From Balamuthia mandrillaris (lineage: Eukaryota): DNA of 64,000 nucleotides. The notes below the pieces were generated by a model. The model was not told the origin of the DNA. It saw nothing but the letters and a program-made list of their open reading frames with translations, and did no database searches. Location: positions 62,001-126,000 of the forward strand of contig JAVKOQ020000113.1 in the NCBI GenBank assembly GCA_031835245.2, written 5' to 3'. The translations under genes were made by a program, and so were the position numbers. Within the stretch, counting starts at the first letter, position 1. Every line of letters begins with the position of its first letter. Positions 33,669-47,179 of this stretch are shown in pieces.

Positions 33669-34670
33669 TGCTGGCTTTTTCTCCTTCTGTCATATAAAAC
33701 AGGCATTTGGACCTTTCGTTCAACCCATTGCGCTGCATCGAAAACCTGCAGCACGATCAGTTGCCATGCCTTAAAGAGCTGTACCTCATCAGCTGCAAGA
33801 TCAGCAAGATAGAGGGCCTCTCCTCCCTCACCACTCTCACCACCCTTGAGCTAGGTTCGAACAGAATCAGGGTGAGCCTTTACCCTCCCCTTTCTTCTGT
33901 TCTCGCTTCCTTTTCCTCTATCCTATCCCCATTCCCTTGTCGCTGACCATCAACCCTAGAAAATAGAGGGGCTGGATAGCTTGGTGCAACTGGAGAATTT
34001 GTGGTTAGGCTCCAACAAGATAACCCGTGTGGAGGTACCTCCAGCTGCACCTATGCTTGTTTTTCTTTGCTCCTCTTCCGTTTCTAGAAACTCATGCTCT
34101 CCCTTTCATTTATGGCTTTAGGGATTGCAACACCTCACCAGTTTAAAGAAGTTGAGTCTGCAGGTGAATTTTTTTTTAAAATGTTTGCTGTAAATCGTTT
34201 CACCTAACTCCGCGGTACCAATCTCAGAGCAATAGGCTTACAGAGCTTTCCGGTTTTGAAACGCTCATTAACCTAGAGGAGCTTTATCTCAGCCATAACG
34301 GTATCGCTACTATACAGGGCCTTGAAACTTTGGTGCCTATTCTATTTGATCTCTCCCTTTCTCCCTCTCTCTCGCCAGAAGATGCTCTCTTTAATCTTTG
34401 AGACCTGAGCTTTGCGTGCTGAAATACAAGCAACCCTGATGGCGACTTTCTCTTTTTTTTTTCTTCTTGTATTTTGGTTATTCTTTATCTGACTACTTCT
34501 TACTTTACTTGGCGGTGATTCCAATGTGTTATTCCACAGACCTCGTTGCAGATTTTAGATATTTCGTCGAACCGGATTGCTCGTCTTGAGAACGTGACTC
34601 ACCTCTCCTCACTCCAAGAGCTTTGGGTATGGTTTTATGAGCTTTTCCTCCTGGCGTCCCTAATTTGAGC

Positions 34671-34705
<35 letters not shown>

Positions 34706-34915
34706 GTCTCTTCGTTCTCCAAAAAGATGAACAACAACCAATTGGAGAGCTTTGAGGAAGTGGAATCGTTGGTATGCTTGAAGGAGCTGGAGACAGTCTA
34801 CTTGCATGGCAACCCGCTGGCCCAGGACACCCAATACAGGCCTAAAGTTATACGTGCACTTCCCTCCCTCACCCAACTTGATTCCAGTATGGTCATTCGT
34901 AACATTCCCAAATGA
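33058..34915 (+). CDS. PPP1R7: Protein phosphatase 1 regulatory subunit 7 (sds22), multi-exon
   Basis: SDS22-type LRRs (LGLRQNLIQKIENL, LELYDNQI, LELGSNRIR) and LRR cap ETVYLHGNP..YRPKVIRALPSLTQLD. Confidence 0.9.
33385..33667. repeat. Compound (TTC)n/(TTCTTG)n microsatellite, intronic
   Basis: Read directly; similar tracts at 41589-41680, 51660-51840 and 57390-57515. Confidence 0.95.
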
Positions 34916-35067
34916 TGTGCTTATCTCATTTACTCTCCTCTCTCTCCTCTTCTTCTTCCCTAAACTAAAAATAAGATAAGGCATTCAATGTATAAACGTT
35001 TTATTCATACGACAAAAACAAGGAGTTAAACGAACTCGTAGTTGAGTAGGAATGCATCCTTCCGTGG

Positions 35068-38000
35068 CTAAGGGAGTGTATAAGTGATGAGGTAGTCAGG
35101 GTAGGCGTGGTTAAGAGTGTAAATCATGAAGACCTTGCTACCGTTCGTGTGGCCAGAGACGCTGTCATAGTCCTCCACAAAGCCAAGCGAGTTAGAGGTA
35201 CTTTTTTGTGGCGGTTTGGTGAGAGCCCGGTTGCTCTGTAGCTCAACGTTGTCACCTACCAACACCTTGACGAGGAACATCTGTTTGAGATTATCGCTGG
35301 TGGTGTGGGCATAGTCGTGGGAGTAGCTTGCGTTGAGAGCAAAGTAATTGGCCAGACCCCATAAGCCCTGACGACCGGAAACGCGCATATCGAAGCCCTC
35401 CTGTCCGTTGTAAATGCAAGAGGGATGGGCAGTGCGTGTACCATGGAAGAGAAGGCACTCGTTGGCATCCCCTCCGTTCTTAAGAATAAGAACGGAGATG
35501 GCCTTGCAGTTGGCGTATTTCTCCCACAGCCATTTGTTTTGCACTCGCTCAACGCTGCGGATGGAGACCGTCGGCATCGTGATCTTCATTTGTTTCTCCA
35601 CTTGCTGCCACTCCTCACCAGTCGGCTGGATGGGGACCAGCACACAGGTTTGGGTTTGTGGCTCCCATTGTCGTGGGAATGCTACCCTGTGGGATCCGAT
35701 GGCCTTGTAGACCAGAGGGGTTATTTCGGATTTGGCCTGTTGGAGGGTGCTTTTGGGGCCTTCGAGCTGAAGCGCGGGAGAACCATCCAACTTCTTGCAA
35801 ACGCTTATTGTCACGAAGAATCTCTGGGCAGTTCTCTCAAGTTCCTCAAGGTGGGCGTTGGTGAGCTCTCCTGGCAGCTCGAGTTGAGTGGTCGAGCGTT
35901 GCTTTTGCAGCAATGTTTCGAATTTGCTTAGCCCTTTGGAGAGTTCCGTTTTGAGCCCAATGAGTTCCACCGGCACCATCTTTACCCGTTCTTCCGCCTG
36001 GAGGCGTGGCGTTTGAGTGCCATCGTCTTTAGCTCTATCACCACTGCTGGCCTCAATGTAATCCAGCAGTTCCTGTTCCAGGTTGCGTGCCCTCCGCCGC
36101 ATACGATAACGGGTGCCGCTGGCATCAATGATGTTATGAGCAAAGATGGCTTTACATTGCACCGCGTGCCAACTGAAAAGAACCTCAGTAAAGTTGCGAT
36201 TCACAGCAATCTCCAGCTGTTGCTGTTCCATGGGACCAAGCGCCTCCCACCCTGCTGAGGTTTCAACCTCCCACACGAACTGGCTGGCAACGTCCTTGGG
36301 GGTACGTTTGATGGGTCTTGGGTTGGCTCGGTACTTTGTGTTGATCTCGGGCATGGCGTCGAAGTCGATCTCATAGGTGAACCCGTTCTTTTGTTTGAGG
36401 AGGTCGCCTGTGACCTCCACCTTGCCTCTTCCCTGCTGCTTGTTGTAGGCCACTTCAATCTGGTAATTCTGGTCTGGATCAAAGTCGGTGAAGGTGCCAT
36501 CATTTTCTCGCCAAGACCACTGATAGGCCAGTTCTTCAGGAGCTTTCAGCTGGGACACAGTCCGCACCTTGCACGTCTGTCGCAAGTTTTTGGCTTCTTC
36601 GTGCAGGTTGGCTTGCCAGAGGGCCACCACGGACGGCTTTACGTCGCACAGCCTAATGGTCTGCAAGGTGGAAGCCGTATTACGTGTCAGGTATGTCAAT
36701 ACAGCCTTCACTATCGTTTCAGCGCAGAGAGCCTCCGGAATGCCATAGATCCCAGAGCCGTTAGCGGGGAGCGAAACAGATTGCCAACCCTGTCCATCCG
36801 CCTCTCTGAGTGAGGCCGTAACTGCCTTTTGCAACAGCAGCAGCTCCTTCTCGCCTCCATTTCCCCAAATTGGAGCAACGGCGTGGATCACCCCTTTGAT
36901 GGGAGATGGGAGATCCCCTGCAGTGGTTACCACCGCTTCTCCTGTCGCAACTTGGCTGCGTTGCTGAATGAGGCGCTCACATTCCTCCCTGAGAGCATTA
37001 CCGGCTTTATCTGCAATCTTCTTAGCAACGCCGCCTACATGGTTAAGCTTACTATTGGCAGCGTTGACGATGCACTCCACTTGCTCCTTCAGCAGATTGC
37101 CCTCCACGACTTGAACGGTGCAGGTGCGGTCAGAGAGAGCCCTATACGTCAGCTCAGCAATCACTCGATTCTTGTCATGCTCCGGGAAGTTGAGATAGAT
37201 GCCAGTTTCGTTGAAGAACTTGTGCGCCTTCCGCCAACCATTCTTCGTGAAATTCCTTGCCACAATTGTGAGAATCTATTTTGCAACCAAGAATGACAAA
37301 AGCAACCTCGTCAGAAAAAAGCTAGCTAGCTTTCAGAAGAAAATAGAGATAAATAACCTGTGTTGTCTTCGTGCCAACAGCGGCGCGCAAGTCTTGCAGC
37401 AGATCCTGAAGCGCGCGTCGTGCGGTTTTAACGTTGTCTGGAGTTCCACGCAAAAAGATCTCTCCACTTCTGAGCTTGTGTTGACGGGCAAAGGCCACAT
37501 GGCACTGCTTTTGTATGTCCATATAGCGTCGATTGAAAGTTGACACCTGTCTGTTCTCCAACAGGTTGTGAAGATAGGGGGGAGTGAAGCCAAAGGGCTC
37601 TGATATCACTCTTGTATTTGCCAGTAAAGCTTGTAACGCTTGAACAGCTTCGGTTGCATCATCTGGATTGCGTGACCTCAACTCGACAGCCTTGTTGTCG
37701 TCATCCAGTCTCAACCACGTGAGGTTCCATTCCTTTTTGAATTTGTAGAGATCGATCTTCTTTTCTTTCCATATTAACCTAGCAAGCTGGGTGTAGGTGG
37801 AGGGGTCTTCGGGCTTCCAAACCATAGGTCCTGCGCAGAGTTTTTTGATCTCGTCTTCTACTTCTGCTATCATTTTGTCGTTGGTACCAAGTATTGTGAT
37901 CTGCATAATAAGCTAAACCTATAAGTCGTACGTCCCTCAAAGTCATGGAGGAGGTGGAGGAGGAGGGGGTACCGTGAAGCCCTTTGTTCTGCTTTCCTCA

Positions 38001-41000
38001 ACATTGATGTACACGTCGTAATTGTCTTCCAGCTCACGTCTGGCTTCTTTAATGTCGTTCCTATCCACCTTTTTCTTGGGGTCGAAAGAGATAACTCTGG
38101 GAGAGCGAAGTTTCTCGCACATTCGCAAAATGTCTCTTTTAGCTTGCTCCACATTCGATCGAAAGCCTTTCATGGTGAACAACTCGCGTGACTTGTCCTC
38201 TTTTGGGCCGAAGAACAGGTTGTGTTGGCTTTTGAGGCTGCGAATCTCCTCCTTTCTCTTTGCGTTGAGGTACTGGAAGCGTTCTTTCGTCAGGGTGACC
38301 TCTTCTTCTACCACGGTGCCTTTGTCAATAAAAGTTCTTATCTCTCTCTCCACAGTCTCAACTGATTCCGCAGAGAAACCCCTTAAGTCGATGCGTCCCT
38401 TCAGATTTTTGTTGACCATAACAGCATGCCGCTTCACGCAAAGCGAGGTGTTGTATCGTTTGACAGCAGGATGTTCTCTAGAGGTGAACGAGATAGAGGA
38501 ACTGGTAACAGCTAAGCTCTCCAGCAACTGCTTCACGTGAGCCTGACTTCCCATTGGATGATAAACAAGCGCCGTCACTGTCGCTGAGCGAGCAGTTCCG
38601 AATCTGGAGTAGGTTATTGGCTGGCTGTTTCTATAACAGAAATCCTTTTTGGGCACCGTCGCATAGCGAATGTTTTGCAGTCCTTGTTCTGCTTCGTCGT
38701 CATCTTCTTCTTCTTCTTCGTAAATCTTTTCCTCTTCCTCCTCTTCATTTTTGTAGAAAATAGAGGGTGTGCTGTGTTCGGCAGATTTGTCACGGAAGAC
38801 GACTACCCTAGCGGGTACCTTTCCACGTAACTGTTGCACCAAGAATGCCTCGAGAACCGGCACAAGAGGGCCACTCACCCCGCTCACCTCTTTTCTCGTC
38901 TCAAGAATATCGTTGATGAGGTGCTGCAACGTTGGGTTTAGGTCCGTTAGGGCGTCGCGGGGACCTTTCAGGCAAACTTGGTCAGGTTTCGGAAACAGCA
39001 CCTTCAAGCCCTCTAGTTGCCCTCTTCGGACTAGCTCCGGCAAAGCATACTCCTTAAAGAACATGACCTTTCCTGGAGGCATCGAAAGCCTTAAAAACCC
39101 ATCCGTCGCGCCCAAGAGCTCGCGTATGCTCGCAAGGCAGGCAACCACAGCGTCTTGGGTCCCCGCCACGGCCAACTGCCCTGTTTCGCGGCAGTGTTGG
39201 AGGTTCACATCGAACTCTTTGGCCAGTTTCTGCAAGTCCTGGGAAAGGCGATAAAAGTCTTGCGGAGGAATGCACTCTGTCCGGTCCACTACCAACTCGT
39301 TACGTAGCTGGGTAGCGTAGCCTTGGATGGACTGCGCCTCCTCGGCTTCTCCTCGAAGAACGTAGGAGATCTTGTTGCCGTCTCGCCAGCTCACCAAGGC
39401 GGTCGTCTTGCTATCTACGAATGAGCGACCCGACCGCCTCTGGAGGAGCCTCGCTTACTCGAGGAATTTCTCTTCCTACCACCAAGATTTATGGTGCCAA
39501 GTTTGGATGCTCCATCGTTATCGAGTGGATAGGATGGTGATCGGGTCGGTGATTTTGGTGAGGAGGGCTTGGTAGGAGTGTTAAGGAGTATGGTTACGTT
39601 GTATTGCTCTTCGGTTGCTTTTATTTCAGCTCGCTTCTTCTTTAAGTAGTAGATCTGAATGGCCTCCAGCGTCTCTGTTTTTATCGCCCTCTTGTCCGAC
39701 AATCGTCTCCCTGCTTCAACAGTTACCTGTAAATGGAGAGTAAGCATTGAGTGGTTGCACTCTATAGAGAGCGGGATTGTTTATATTTACCTCAGTACCA
39801 AACAGAAAAAGCTTTCTCGCACGGCCCAAAGCAACGAATGCTTGCTCATTAGAAACAGGGACTCTAATACTGTCGGACCCTATTTCAATTTGTCCCACTC
39901 GAGATCCGGGACTAACAGTGGTAAATGCTTGTATGACGGCAGTGGATACTTGTCCTTTAGGCTTATCTGGAAAAGAAGGAACTAGCGTAACCACCCAGTG
40001 AGGCACTTCGCCTTCAAATGGAGAAATTGGGATCTGCAACGAAGAGAGATGCGTTTGAATATGAATGCTCGGGTGATAAGATGCATGTAGGTTCAAACCT
40101 TCATTCCTAGGACGTCAACATGCTTTTTGGTAAGGAGCTGTTGATAGAGATTGTGGTCACTTATTTCTACGTATACTTTCCCGTTGCGATGGGTTATGAA
40201 TGCTTTCTTGTCCGACGCAAGCAGGACGGCTTGGAGTGCACTGATTCCTTCCGAGTTCATTGTGGGAGGGAGAGCTGCCACAAGTTTTAGGCTTGCTCTT
40301 GTAAAAGGGTTGAGAGGTCGGGCAAGCGGCTCCTGTATTTGCAAAGGGTTAGTGACATAACCAAAAATAGGATAACCCAGCTTGTTACCTTCTGTTCTGG
40401 TGGGGGTGATTTCACTGTGGTTATTGAAGGGGCGCTCGAGGGGGATAACACACGTAGATGGAGCAACCTAGCTTTTGCTTCGGTAGTTCGCAGATGAAGA
40501 AACGCTTCGTTCCTTCTTTTACTATAATACAATTCCTCAATTGATTCTTGCTCGATGTGCTGCATGACCGCAGCAGAGAGCATTGCTTCAGTTAGGTTTA
40601 GGTGAGAGGGTATTTGTAGTTTTACTCTCAGAGAAGAGCGCTTTAGCACTTTGACCTAACGTAAAAGTGAGCAACGTATTTTGGATTACAAGGTTTGATG
40701 AAATAGCAATACCTGCTCCCCGCGCAACAAGAAGGTTTGACCTGTAATTTCGTTAAACTCTTTTGTGGACAGCTTTATGAAGGCCTCGGCGTTTTCGTTA
40801 GTCTCCACATCATCCTCTTTCAATTCAACTCCAAAGCAGTTCAACCACATGTCAACCATTGTTTTGGCATCCATAGGAACAGGGAGGTAGAGGCAAGCTT
40901 CCTGCTTAGTGGCTGACTCTAAGGAAATGGAAACCTGCAAAACGAACCGTAAAGCAGTGTCATTAAACCTCTGGTTGCGCACCAAATAGCAAGCGTTTAC

Positions 41001-41831
41001 CTTGTTCCCCCTGATTATTATTTCTTTCAACTGAAGCAACATTTTTTCTTCGTCAGGAGAAGAAGGAATGATGGCAACCTTGCCTGCTGCGAGATCCAGG
41101 CGGATCTGTTCGCACGAAAGGTTAACGTCCTGGTAATAAAAGACCTTAGCAATTCCTTCCACCGTTGTCATGGGAGGTACATTGCTTAGACACACATGTT
41201 TGGCATCAGGCCTGTTTTTGTTCGAAGGAGAGCTAGTGGGAGTCAAGCACCATGTCAGAATACATAATGAGCAGGTTCAACGACCAGTTTACCTGTGTTC
41301 CTCGATACCGAATGCTCTTCTTGGATAGAAGCATTTCCGCATGCTCTTGAGCTTCAAACATAAGCACAACCTTTGCGCCCTCCTTATTAGCGGTTACCTT
41401 CATACCAAACGTCACTTCCACAAAGTCAACTAGTTCTTGAACTGTTCCACCAGACCATCCACTGACACAAACTTCAGCTAAGGAGTTCCTTTGATCCTTC
41501 TCCAGAACATCGTGAACAAAAATCTGACAGTAAAAACAAATGGCGTAAGCGCCGATCAACTATTATAAGAAAGAAAAGAAAACTAGCAGAAGAAGAAGAA
41601 GAAGAAGAAGAACAAGAAGAAGAAGAAGAAGAACAAGAACAAGAAGAACAAGAACAAGAACAAGAAGAACAAGAACAAGAGGAAACTTGAAAGCATAACT
41701 AACCCAAATTGAGTTCCGTGCGACTTAGAGGATGGAATTGTCTTGAAAAAATAGTGCTAAGAAGCAGAACAACGCTGTTCTTCCTGGATTTTAAAAAAAA
41801 AGGAGTCGACATTAGTAAAGAGGCAAGAGAG

Positions 41832-41863
<32 letters not shown>

Positions 41864-41988
41864 AGCAACGGACCTGCCGCAAGTCCTGACTTGAGTGAAG
41901 CGCAGAAGATCTAGAAGGTCGTGCAACGCTCTATCTAGACCTCCTTTTACTGTAGTGCCGAAAGCAAGTTCGTGTACCAACGCTATAT

Positions 41989-42028
<40 letters not shown>

Positions 42029-42151
42029 CGAGAGAGAAAAAAGACAATCGTCTACGATACTGTCAGGTGTTCTCCAAAGATTGGATGCTGCCATGACGGG
42101 TATTTCGTTTGTATCCAACTCAGGTAAGGCGCTCGAAAGCAGATCTTCCAT
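35068..42151 (-). CDS. PARP14-like ADP-ribosyltransferase (RRM-like, KH-like, macrodomain, WWE, ART); start uncertain
   Basis: Macro IVNAANSKLNHVGGVA..GSGIYG; WWE WSWRENDGTF..IEVAY..YEIDF; ART LLFHGT, NYFA, AYPDYLITY. Upstream exons look RRM/KH-like. Confidence 0.8.
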
Positions 42152-42531
42152 TATCAACTCTCGTTTCCTTCGCTCGTTATTTCTTCTGCTTCTCCTGCTT
42201 TCCGTGCCTCCTCTTTCATCGTTCCATCTCCTCTCTCTTGAAACCTGGTCTAGCTAAGTTCATTTGTTCTCTTTGCCCAACTTCAACGAACATGTTTCCA
42301 CCACTTGTCGATCTCGCGCTTGAGAAAGTTTTACTCTTCCAAGTAACGATGGTTAATTTATAGATCCCTTTGGAAAGTGTGGAGTGAGTGAAATGAGATT
42401 TCAAAAGGAACAAGGCAAAGAAAAACTCATTTCGCAATAGTCGCTTTTTGGTTGATAGATATAACAAAGTAATGTCAGCTCGAGTGAGCCTCAACACAGA
42501 CAAGAAGGGAAAAGAGAAAGCAAGGTTATCT

Positions 42532-45500
42532 TCAATCATAGAGGATCTTCTTCCACCCCTCCTCCTTTTCCACAGCTTCAATGTCCTGCACCCATTTGTT
42601 TCTGTTGCTTTCAGTAGGTAAAAAGAATGTAAATGCAGAATGGGGTTGCCCTGCCTTCGCCAGTTTAAAGCTATTGCTTTCTGTTTATGGTTAAAAAAAG
42701 AGTTTTAGCGAAAAATCAAATGAAGGAAAGAAGAGAAAGAATAAGAGAGCTAACCTGAAGAAGGTTCGAGTTTATAGCCATCTTTGAAGCGAAGAGACTC
42801 TTTGTACTTGGTTTTCGGTCGTGCCTCCATAAAAGTGCCACCTTTGGCTTTGGTTTTCATTCTTGTGACGACTAGCATGTCACTGAAAAGATACAAATAC
42901 TCGCGGTCCTCTTTCTTCCTGTTCGGGAATAACACTTCTGCCACGCCCTCTCTTATGAATCTGCGATGCGCCACATAAAGGGCCTGAGAGAGAGAGAGAG
43001 AGAGAGAAGATGAGTTTCGAGTAAGTAGTTTTTATCAGTAGTAGTCTTACGCCAATGCCCGATATGCTCTTTTGTATGGATTGTATGCTGCGGCGATTGT
43101 CTTCATCCTTCTTCTTTTTGTCCACGTGAAGATTGAGTTCTTTCACTTTGTCCAATGCAGCTATAATGTTGCCATAATCGACATGTTCTTGGCATGTGTA
43201 CTTCAACAAGCTCTGAAATAATTGAAGAGAGATAATCAGTTAGTTGAGAAAGAGGAAAAGGAACAGAAGAGACAAAACAAACCTCAAGCAAAATCTCATA
43301 ACGTGGAAGTCTTTGCACAGGAAGAATAAGGTAGTTAGCAAGTGACATTTTAGATTTAACGCCCTATAAAAATTTTCAAACGTTAACGAGGTTTAGCCAA
43401 CGTTAGTTACTCAATCACCAATTATTCTGCTGCATCAGTGGCGATTCGCTGAAAGGTTACCTTTAGGAAAGCAACAAAAGCAGGTTTCTTCTCCAACTCA
43501 GTGAGTACTTGCACTTGACGTTCGTAATTGTTGAGATATTCGGTGTACAATCTGAGCACAGGGGCCTAGGTTTCATTACCGAATCGTTAGAACGAAAAAA
43601 CTGAGGGAAAGCAAGCACTAAGCAAAGCAGGAGAACAGTTGTTACTTTTTGTATGAAAATATCAGCAAACCGACAGTCGCTAGGCCAAGCGTCCATCCGT
43701 TCTTCCATCGCTTCCAAAATTTGTGTATTAAGACCGATAATGCTCTCAAGATTGGAAAATAGTTGTGTTATTTCTCTTTCCGTGATAAATGAGTGTGAAG
43801 ATCCTCGTAAAGGCGAGATAATGGCCTTTAAGATAGTGCAAAATCAGAAACAGAGTTTTAGAAGTTCGATTAAAGCCAGCATTTAAAAAATAAGCAACAG
43901 AGGGAGAAGGGGGAGAGGGAGGGAGGGGCAAATAGTCTTACCCTCTCCAAATCCTCGAGATTGGCCACGTACGACCTTTCTGTGGAGACTATCTCCCACA
44001 AGGCCATACTTCTCTTCCGCAATCTCTCCGATTCCGGTGCGATCAAAAAGTCAAGGGCTGCATTTAAAACACAAAAAGAGGAAAAGAAAAAGAGGAAAAG
44101 TTACAAATAGTTAATTTCGATTTGCTGAATGTGAGTAGAAAGAGAAACAAAAAGCAAAAGCAAAACTGAAAACAAAAAACAAAAAAAAACAAAAGTGAAG
44201 ACTAGAAAAATATAGAGTACACTGTACCTAAATTGCGGAACTTTTGGACTCGCAACCAAGACCGTATGTGTCGCTGGAGAATAACAATCTTACTGGTATC
44301 ATTTGCGTACCTCGACAAGTCAACGCTCTTTTGGGCTCGTGGCTGGGTGGTCTGCATGACCCTGCGTCGCATTGTATGGCCACTATTGAGAGGCCCTTGA
44401 TGCTGCAGATGCTGCTTTAGTTCTTGAAGCTGCTCCATTTGTTGGGCGGTTAACTTTTGCTTGTTTCTCAGCGTGCCTTTTCGCAGCGTGCCGATGGCAC
44501 TTGTTTGCTCGTCATTTTGGCTTGGAGCGGAGACAGCAGTGACAGTAGGTACGCCATTAGAGGAGTTGGAGAGTGATAATGGTTTCTGTAGCTGTGATGG
44601 TGGTGCTGGTGGTTGTGGACGAGAGCCCAAAGAGGGGGAACTGGCAAATACTCTCATAGAGCCTATACGAGATCCAGTGGAGGAAGATAAGGACAAAGGG
44701 CGTTGGGTGGGTAGGTTTGTAGTGGAAGCGGGCCTAGCGTTGCCTAAGGTAGGAGAAAGGCCTTGTTGGGCCTGAGCTCGCCGAGAAAGTGAGGGTGAAG
44801 CGGATTTGGCTGAGGGAGGAGATTGAGGCTGTGAGGTGTCTGGTTCTTCATCTGCCAGAAGACGAGCACGCACGATTTCTTCGGTGTTTGTGGAGCGAGC
44901 GGAGAGCACGAGATCATGGAGGACTTGAGCCACACGATCCCTCGCGCTTTCAACTTTCTGTCTGGCGGCAGCAGCACCGCTCAATTGGAAGCTTTCCTTA
45001 GCTGCGGAGAGTAGATTGTAGGTGGCTTCCTTGAGGTTCTCCTCTTCCTTAATGCGAAGGGCATGAGAAAAGTCGAGCAGCTGCTTCAGAGCGTTCCACG
45101 CGTTCTTGGCGATCTGCACAAAGGCGGTCTCATCTCCACCGGGCTGAATGGCGGCTGTGACCAGGTCCTTGACGGCAGTGGAACCTACTTTGGCGAGAGT
45201 TACAGTTTTGACTTGGATCGCTTTGGAGAGTTCCTCCGCCTCTGCCTCAATCCAACCTTCCTCTTCCTCTTCCTCCATTATCTTAAGCTCCTCCGAGGCA
45301 TCTATCACTTTTTTGATGGCGAGTGCCACTTCCTTGCAATGGGTCTCCAACAGCTGTTGAGTGCGAGAGGTTGTGGCAGCCGACTTTATCCGCCACACGG
45401 AGACGGTAGCCAATCGCACCAAAGGAAAGACAGAGTCCTTGACCGCCTTGGCGCTTGTTCTGAGGTCCTCAAAGAGGTCCAGGTAGTCCCGGTCGTTGAG

Positions 45501-45749
45501 GTAGAAACCCTTGTTCTCGTTGACAAAGGTGTGCACCATCACCGTCAGCTTGGCCGAGGTTTGCGGCACCCGCTTGGCGGCCTCCACGAAGGCATCCTTC
45601 ATAGCCTCGTTGTTGGTCTCATCTTCGGTGTTGATTCCGTTCACTGTCTCTACGATCTTTTTACAGTCCTCAATGATGCCCATGGCTACCTCTACTATAC
45701 TCTCGTAGAAGTAGTCATTGTCAGGGGGTAGTTCTAGCTCTTCTTCCAT
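42532..45749 (-). CDS. RhoGEF (DH-PH) with IQ motif and talin/vinculin-like helical N-terminus
   Basis: EIVSTERSYV, YLILPVQRLPRYEILL, RFIREG, YLYLFSDMLVV, IQ-like LQRHIRSWLRVQKF. Confidence 0.85.
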
Positions 45750-46432
45750 TTCGCGATTTTTGTTTTTTTTAAAAAAAATCTTTCGTTGTTTTAGTTCACC
45801 GGCACTATTCTTGTTGTCGCTTCCTTCGATCGACACCGTTTTATTGTCTTTGAAGAACTTGCGTGAGGCCTTGTGTAGAGGAGAAGGATGATCAGTACCG
45901 TTCAAGATGAGGAACCAAAAAGAAAGGAGTAGCGTAGAACAGAGGGATCATCACGAAAAGGGAGAGAGAAAAACCAAGCCTCCAGATGAAAAATAACACG
46001 GGAAGAAACAAAAATAAAGGCACAGATTGAGGAAGGAGGGACACAAACCTACCAACTCAGAGAACCATCAAAGAGAAAGAAGAAGCCTTTGGCAAGCACT
46101 CAATGCTCTCGTTTCTTTTTGTCTACGAACAAAAAAAAAACAAAAAGATATCCACCGCAAATACCTCCTCCTCCACCTCTCAGATAGTCGCAACTATCAG
46201 TCGGCCAGCGCGATTGTCTTTGGTTGTTTGCTGCTCTCTTTTCCCCAACACAACCACACAAACCCAAAAAAAAAAAAAATAATAAAAGCACGGAAAGGAA
46301 ATGTCCGTCCCTCCTCCTCGCTTTGTTGCAGGACAACAACAAGGGACAACCCAAAAATTGGACCGTAGAGGGGAAGACAGTTTTGACTGTAGACACAACG
46401 ACAACCCAATTTAGTTGGGATTTGTGCAACAA

Positions 46433-46516
46433 GCAAGAGTGCCCGAGCTGGTCAAAGGGGGTAGACTTAAGATCTACTGCGGTAACGCTTCGTGGGTTCG
46501 AACCCCACCTCTTGCA
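46433..46516 (+). tRNA. tRNA-Leu(TAA)
   Basis: Acceptor GCAAGAG/CTCTTGC, anticodon arm GTAGA-CTTAAGA-TCTAC, long variable arm, T arm GTGGG-TTCGAAC-CCCAC, T5 terminator just downstream. Confidence 0.95.
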
Positions 46517-47179
46517 ACATTCTTTTTATACTTTCTCAATTCAGGGATTTCGAGAATCGTGTCGTCCCAAGAGTTTTGCCTGGCAGGGTTGCCCCTAAGG
46601 CGGCGCAAAGATCATAAGATCTAAGGACAACGAAAAAAGAAATCACGACATTAGTCTTTTGGGCCAATGAGCATGTTTCCCGCCAAAACAACCCTTCCTT
46701 CTCCCACGTCTCTGAAGGCAAAGTGGTAGGGTGGGGTGTACGGAATGGATGCTCATGCTGCTGCTGCCGCCAATAAACTTTTGGTACTCGTCATTCGCCT
46801 TGACACTTTTCTGCTACTCGTTTTCTTTTCTTCTCTTCTTTTCTTTTCATTTCTTTCTTTTCAAAAGTAAACACACAGACACACACATCCACGAAGCTCC
46901 ACGCACCACCGTATTTCTCATTGCTACGCTTCTACTACACAAGGAGGAAACCAGCGGAAGGAGGCAGAGGTGGAAACCGAAGCGGTTCAGCCGCAGGCAG
47001 GGGCACTGCTCCGATTGAAAAGGTAGTGTTCTTTTTTCTCTGCTCGCTCACTACATTTTTTGATGATGGAAAAAAAAATGTGTTACCAACCTCTCGCTAA
47101 TGATTTCTTTTGTTTAAAAAAGAACAGCATCACGAACCTCTGTGCGCCTCTTCCACAACGCTGCTGGAAGCTGGCCTGA

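Noticed and set aside
32974..33812. Poly-R, poly-K, poly-F and poly-L ORFs here and at 7815-8354 and 51224-52149
   Set aside because: Translations of intronic microsatellites.
41480..42540. RhoGEF-PARP fusion gene
   Set aside because: The PH exon ends in a stop (KILYD*, 42532) before the PARP-side exons.
46660..47179. Transposase or serine recombinase upstream of Fanzor
   Set aside because: Only short ORFs, one broken by a stop in copy 2, with no DDE or resolvase motif. Probably a leader with introns.
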